The notes under the pieces are model-generated. The model worked only from the letters and a program-made list of their open reading frames with translations. It made no database searches and was not told the DNA's origin. A stretch of DNA of 64,000 bases, from the NCBI RefSeq assembly GCF_004010195.1, contig NC_057755.1, positions 4,963,643-5,027,642 on the forward strand, written 5' to 3'. Each line of letters begins with the position of its first letter. Position 1 is the stretch's first letter. Positions 62,800 through 64,000 of the stretch are shown one piece after another. The translations under genes and the position numbers were made by a program. This DNA comes from Chiloscyllium plagiosum (lineage: Eukaryota).

Positions 62800-64000
62800 G
62801 GGTCACATCTGAAGATGTGTGTTTGTTCATCAACACGCTCCGGCACTCTTCCTCTGTTGTTGTAAGTGGCGCCATTCTGGCCAATTCATGGACCTGCACT
62901 TTTGCGGTTACCCGAAACATCTTCCATTCATCTGGAGGCCAAAGACGGACTGTACAGGGACTTCATGAACAAAACTCTGAATAAGGCGATGTGAAGATCG
63001 TACCCGACACTACGTTCATCCTGATGGCCACTTTTTTTGTGTGGCTGCATCCATCTGAGCGTAGACCCTCGGTACACAAACACCAAGCGTCACTCCGTAC
63101 TGAGGTTCTATTTGTCCCCGATGTTGTAAAGAATTGGACTGGCCTTAATCCCGTTGGACTCTCCGAATAGTTAAACCATTCTACATCACCTCTCCTTCAT
63201 GCAGAAATTTGCAAAGAGAAAGCACCTTTGGCCATAGTCCGTCAGGAAGTGGTCATCTGTAGGGTCCTCGAGACCTTGCACGAAAAGAAGAGGGGGGGTC
63301 GTCTGTTTGATTCCCTTTGCAGGCTGTCAAAGGCATTTTGAAGAACGCCTCATCTCTAGAAATGTCCTACAACTGCCAATGGACCGCTTGGCTGTTGTTG
63401 AGAAGTGCAGTCCCTGTGAGATCCTTCCTGTACTCCCTGTCGCTCTGTTCCACCACACACTGCCCATGAAACGTCTTCGGGTTGGTACCGGCTGTCAAAC
63501 TTCCTTCTGCAATGTAGAAGCGAAATCTGATGGAAGTTGCAGTTGTTTGTATCGTGGTTCATCCCGAGCAGCTCCGTGACGTGGATCACGGTCCATGGTC
63601 CTGTTCCCCGGGATACAAATCAAGAAAATCATTGCCTGCACCTGGAGGACTATTAACCCGGTGATAGACGCTCTTTGGTCTAACCTTCCAGAACAATAGG
63701 TTGACACCGACTGAGTGTTGCAGACTAGCCCATTCCAAGAGTTGGGGTTATGTGCTCTGGGATGCACTCAATCTTGGGGCAATTGCCTTCGAGGTGCAGT
63801 GGGGTAAGATGACCATTTAAGGTGTTTCAGCCAATATACAATGAACCTCTGTTCAATTATCGGAAGCTTCCAGTGTCCCAATTCTATTTAAAAATACGTT
63901 TTCTGTGTAAGATGTGTCTACGTTTGTTTGGATAGATTCAAACTCCTACGATTTTGTTTTCTTGTTGTACTATTGTACAGAACTGTGCTGCCTTTGTGAT
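62800..64000 (+). mobile_element. L1/Tx1-clade LINE ORF2 C-terminal remnant and 3' UTR
   Basis: Decayed VLFPGIQ...CTWRTINPVIDALWSNL...CCRLAHSK motifs typical of Tx1-like C-termini, then an AT-rich UTR. Confidence 0.65.

Overview
Eukaryotic, repeat-dense genomic DNA, inferred to be cartilaginous fish (shark-type HE1/V-SINEs, CR1 LINEs, Penelope elements). The window holds part of a cluster of two-exon orphan class A GPCR genes of the GPR139/GPR142-like family. One gene has an intact ORF (minus strand, exon 1 21464-21530, exon 2 19358-20259, 322 aa). Two are pseudogenes (exon 2 at 865-1755 on +; exon 2 at 52073-52971 and exon 1 at 60752-60838 on -), and their exon 2s sit in the arms of a large inverted duplication (1-4660 versus 49134-57837). 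Between the genes lies a non-coding cassette present three times (about 6.3-7.6 kb, 17.1-18.4 kb, and a half copy at 46.1-46.5 kb). It carries a roughly 55-bp CTCF-like motif as a divergent inverted pair, which could be a duplicated insulator or the termini of an old Kolobok-type element. Other points: a 30-bp templated insertion from a nearby LINE that destroyed an exon 1, a roughly 260-bp copy inserted at a hairpin tip, two related ERV gag remnants, hammerhead-ribozyme motifs in Penelope termini, and a 33-bp minisatellite derived from such a terminus. There is a 406-N assembly gap at 8066-8471. Transposon boundaries are approximate and read by eye; no database searches were run.
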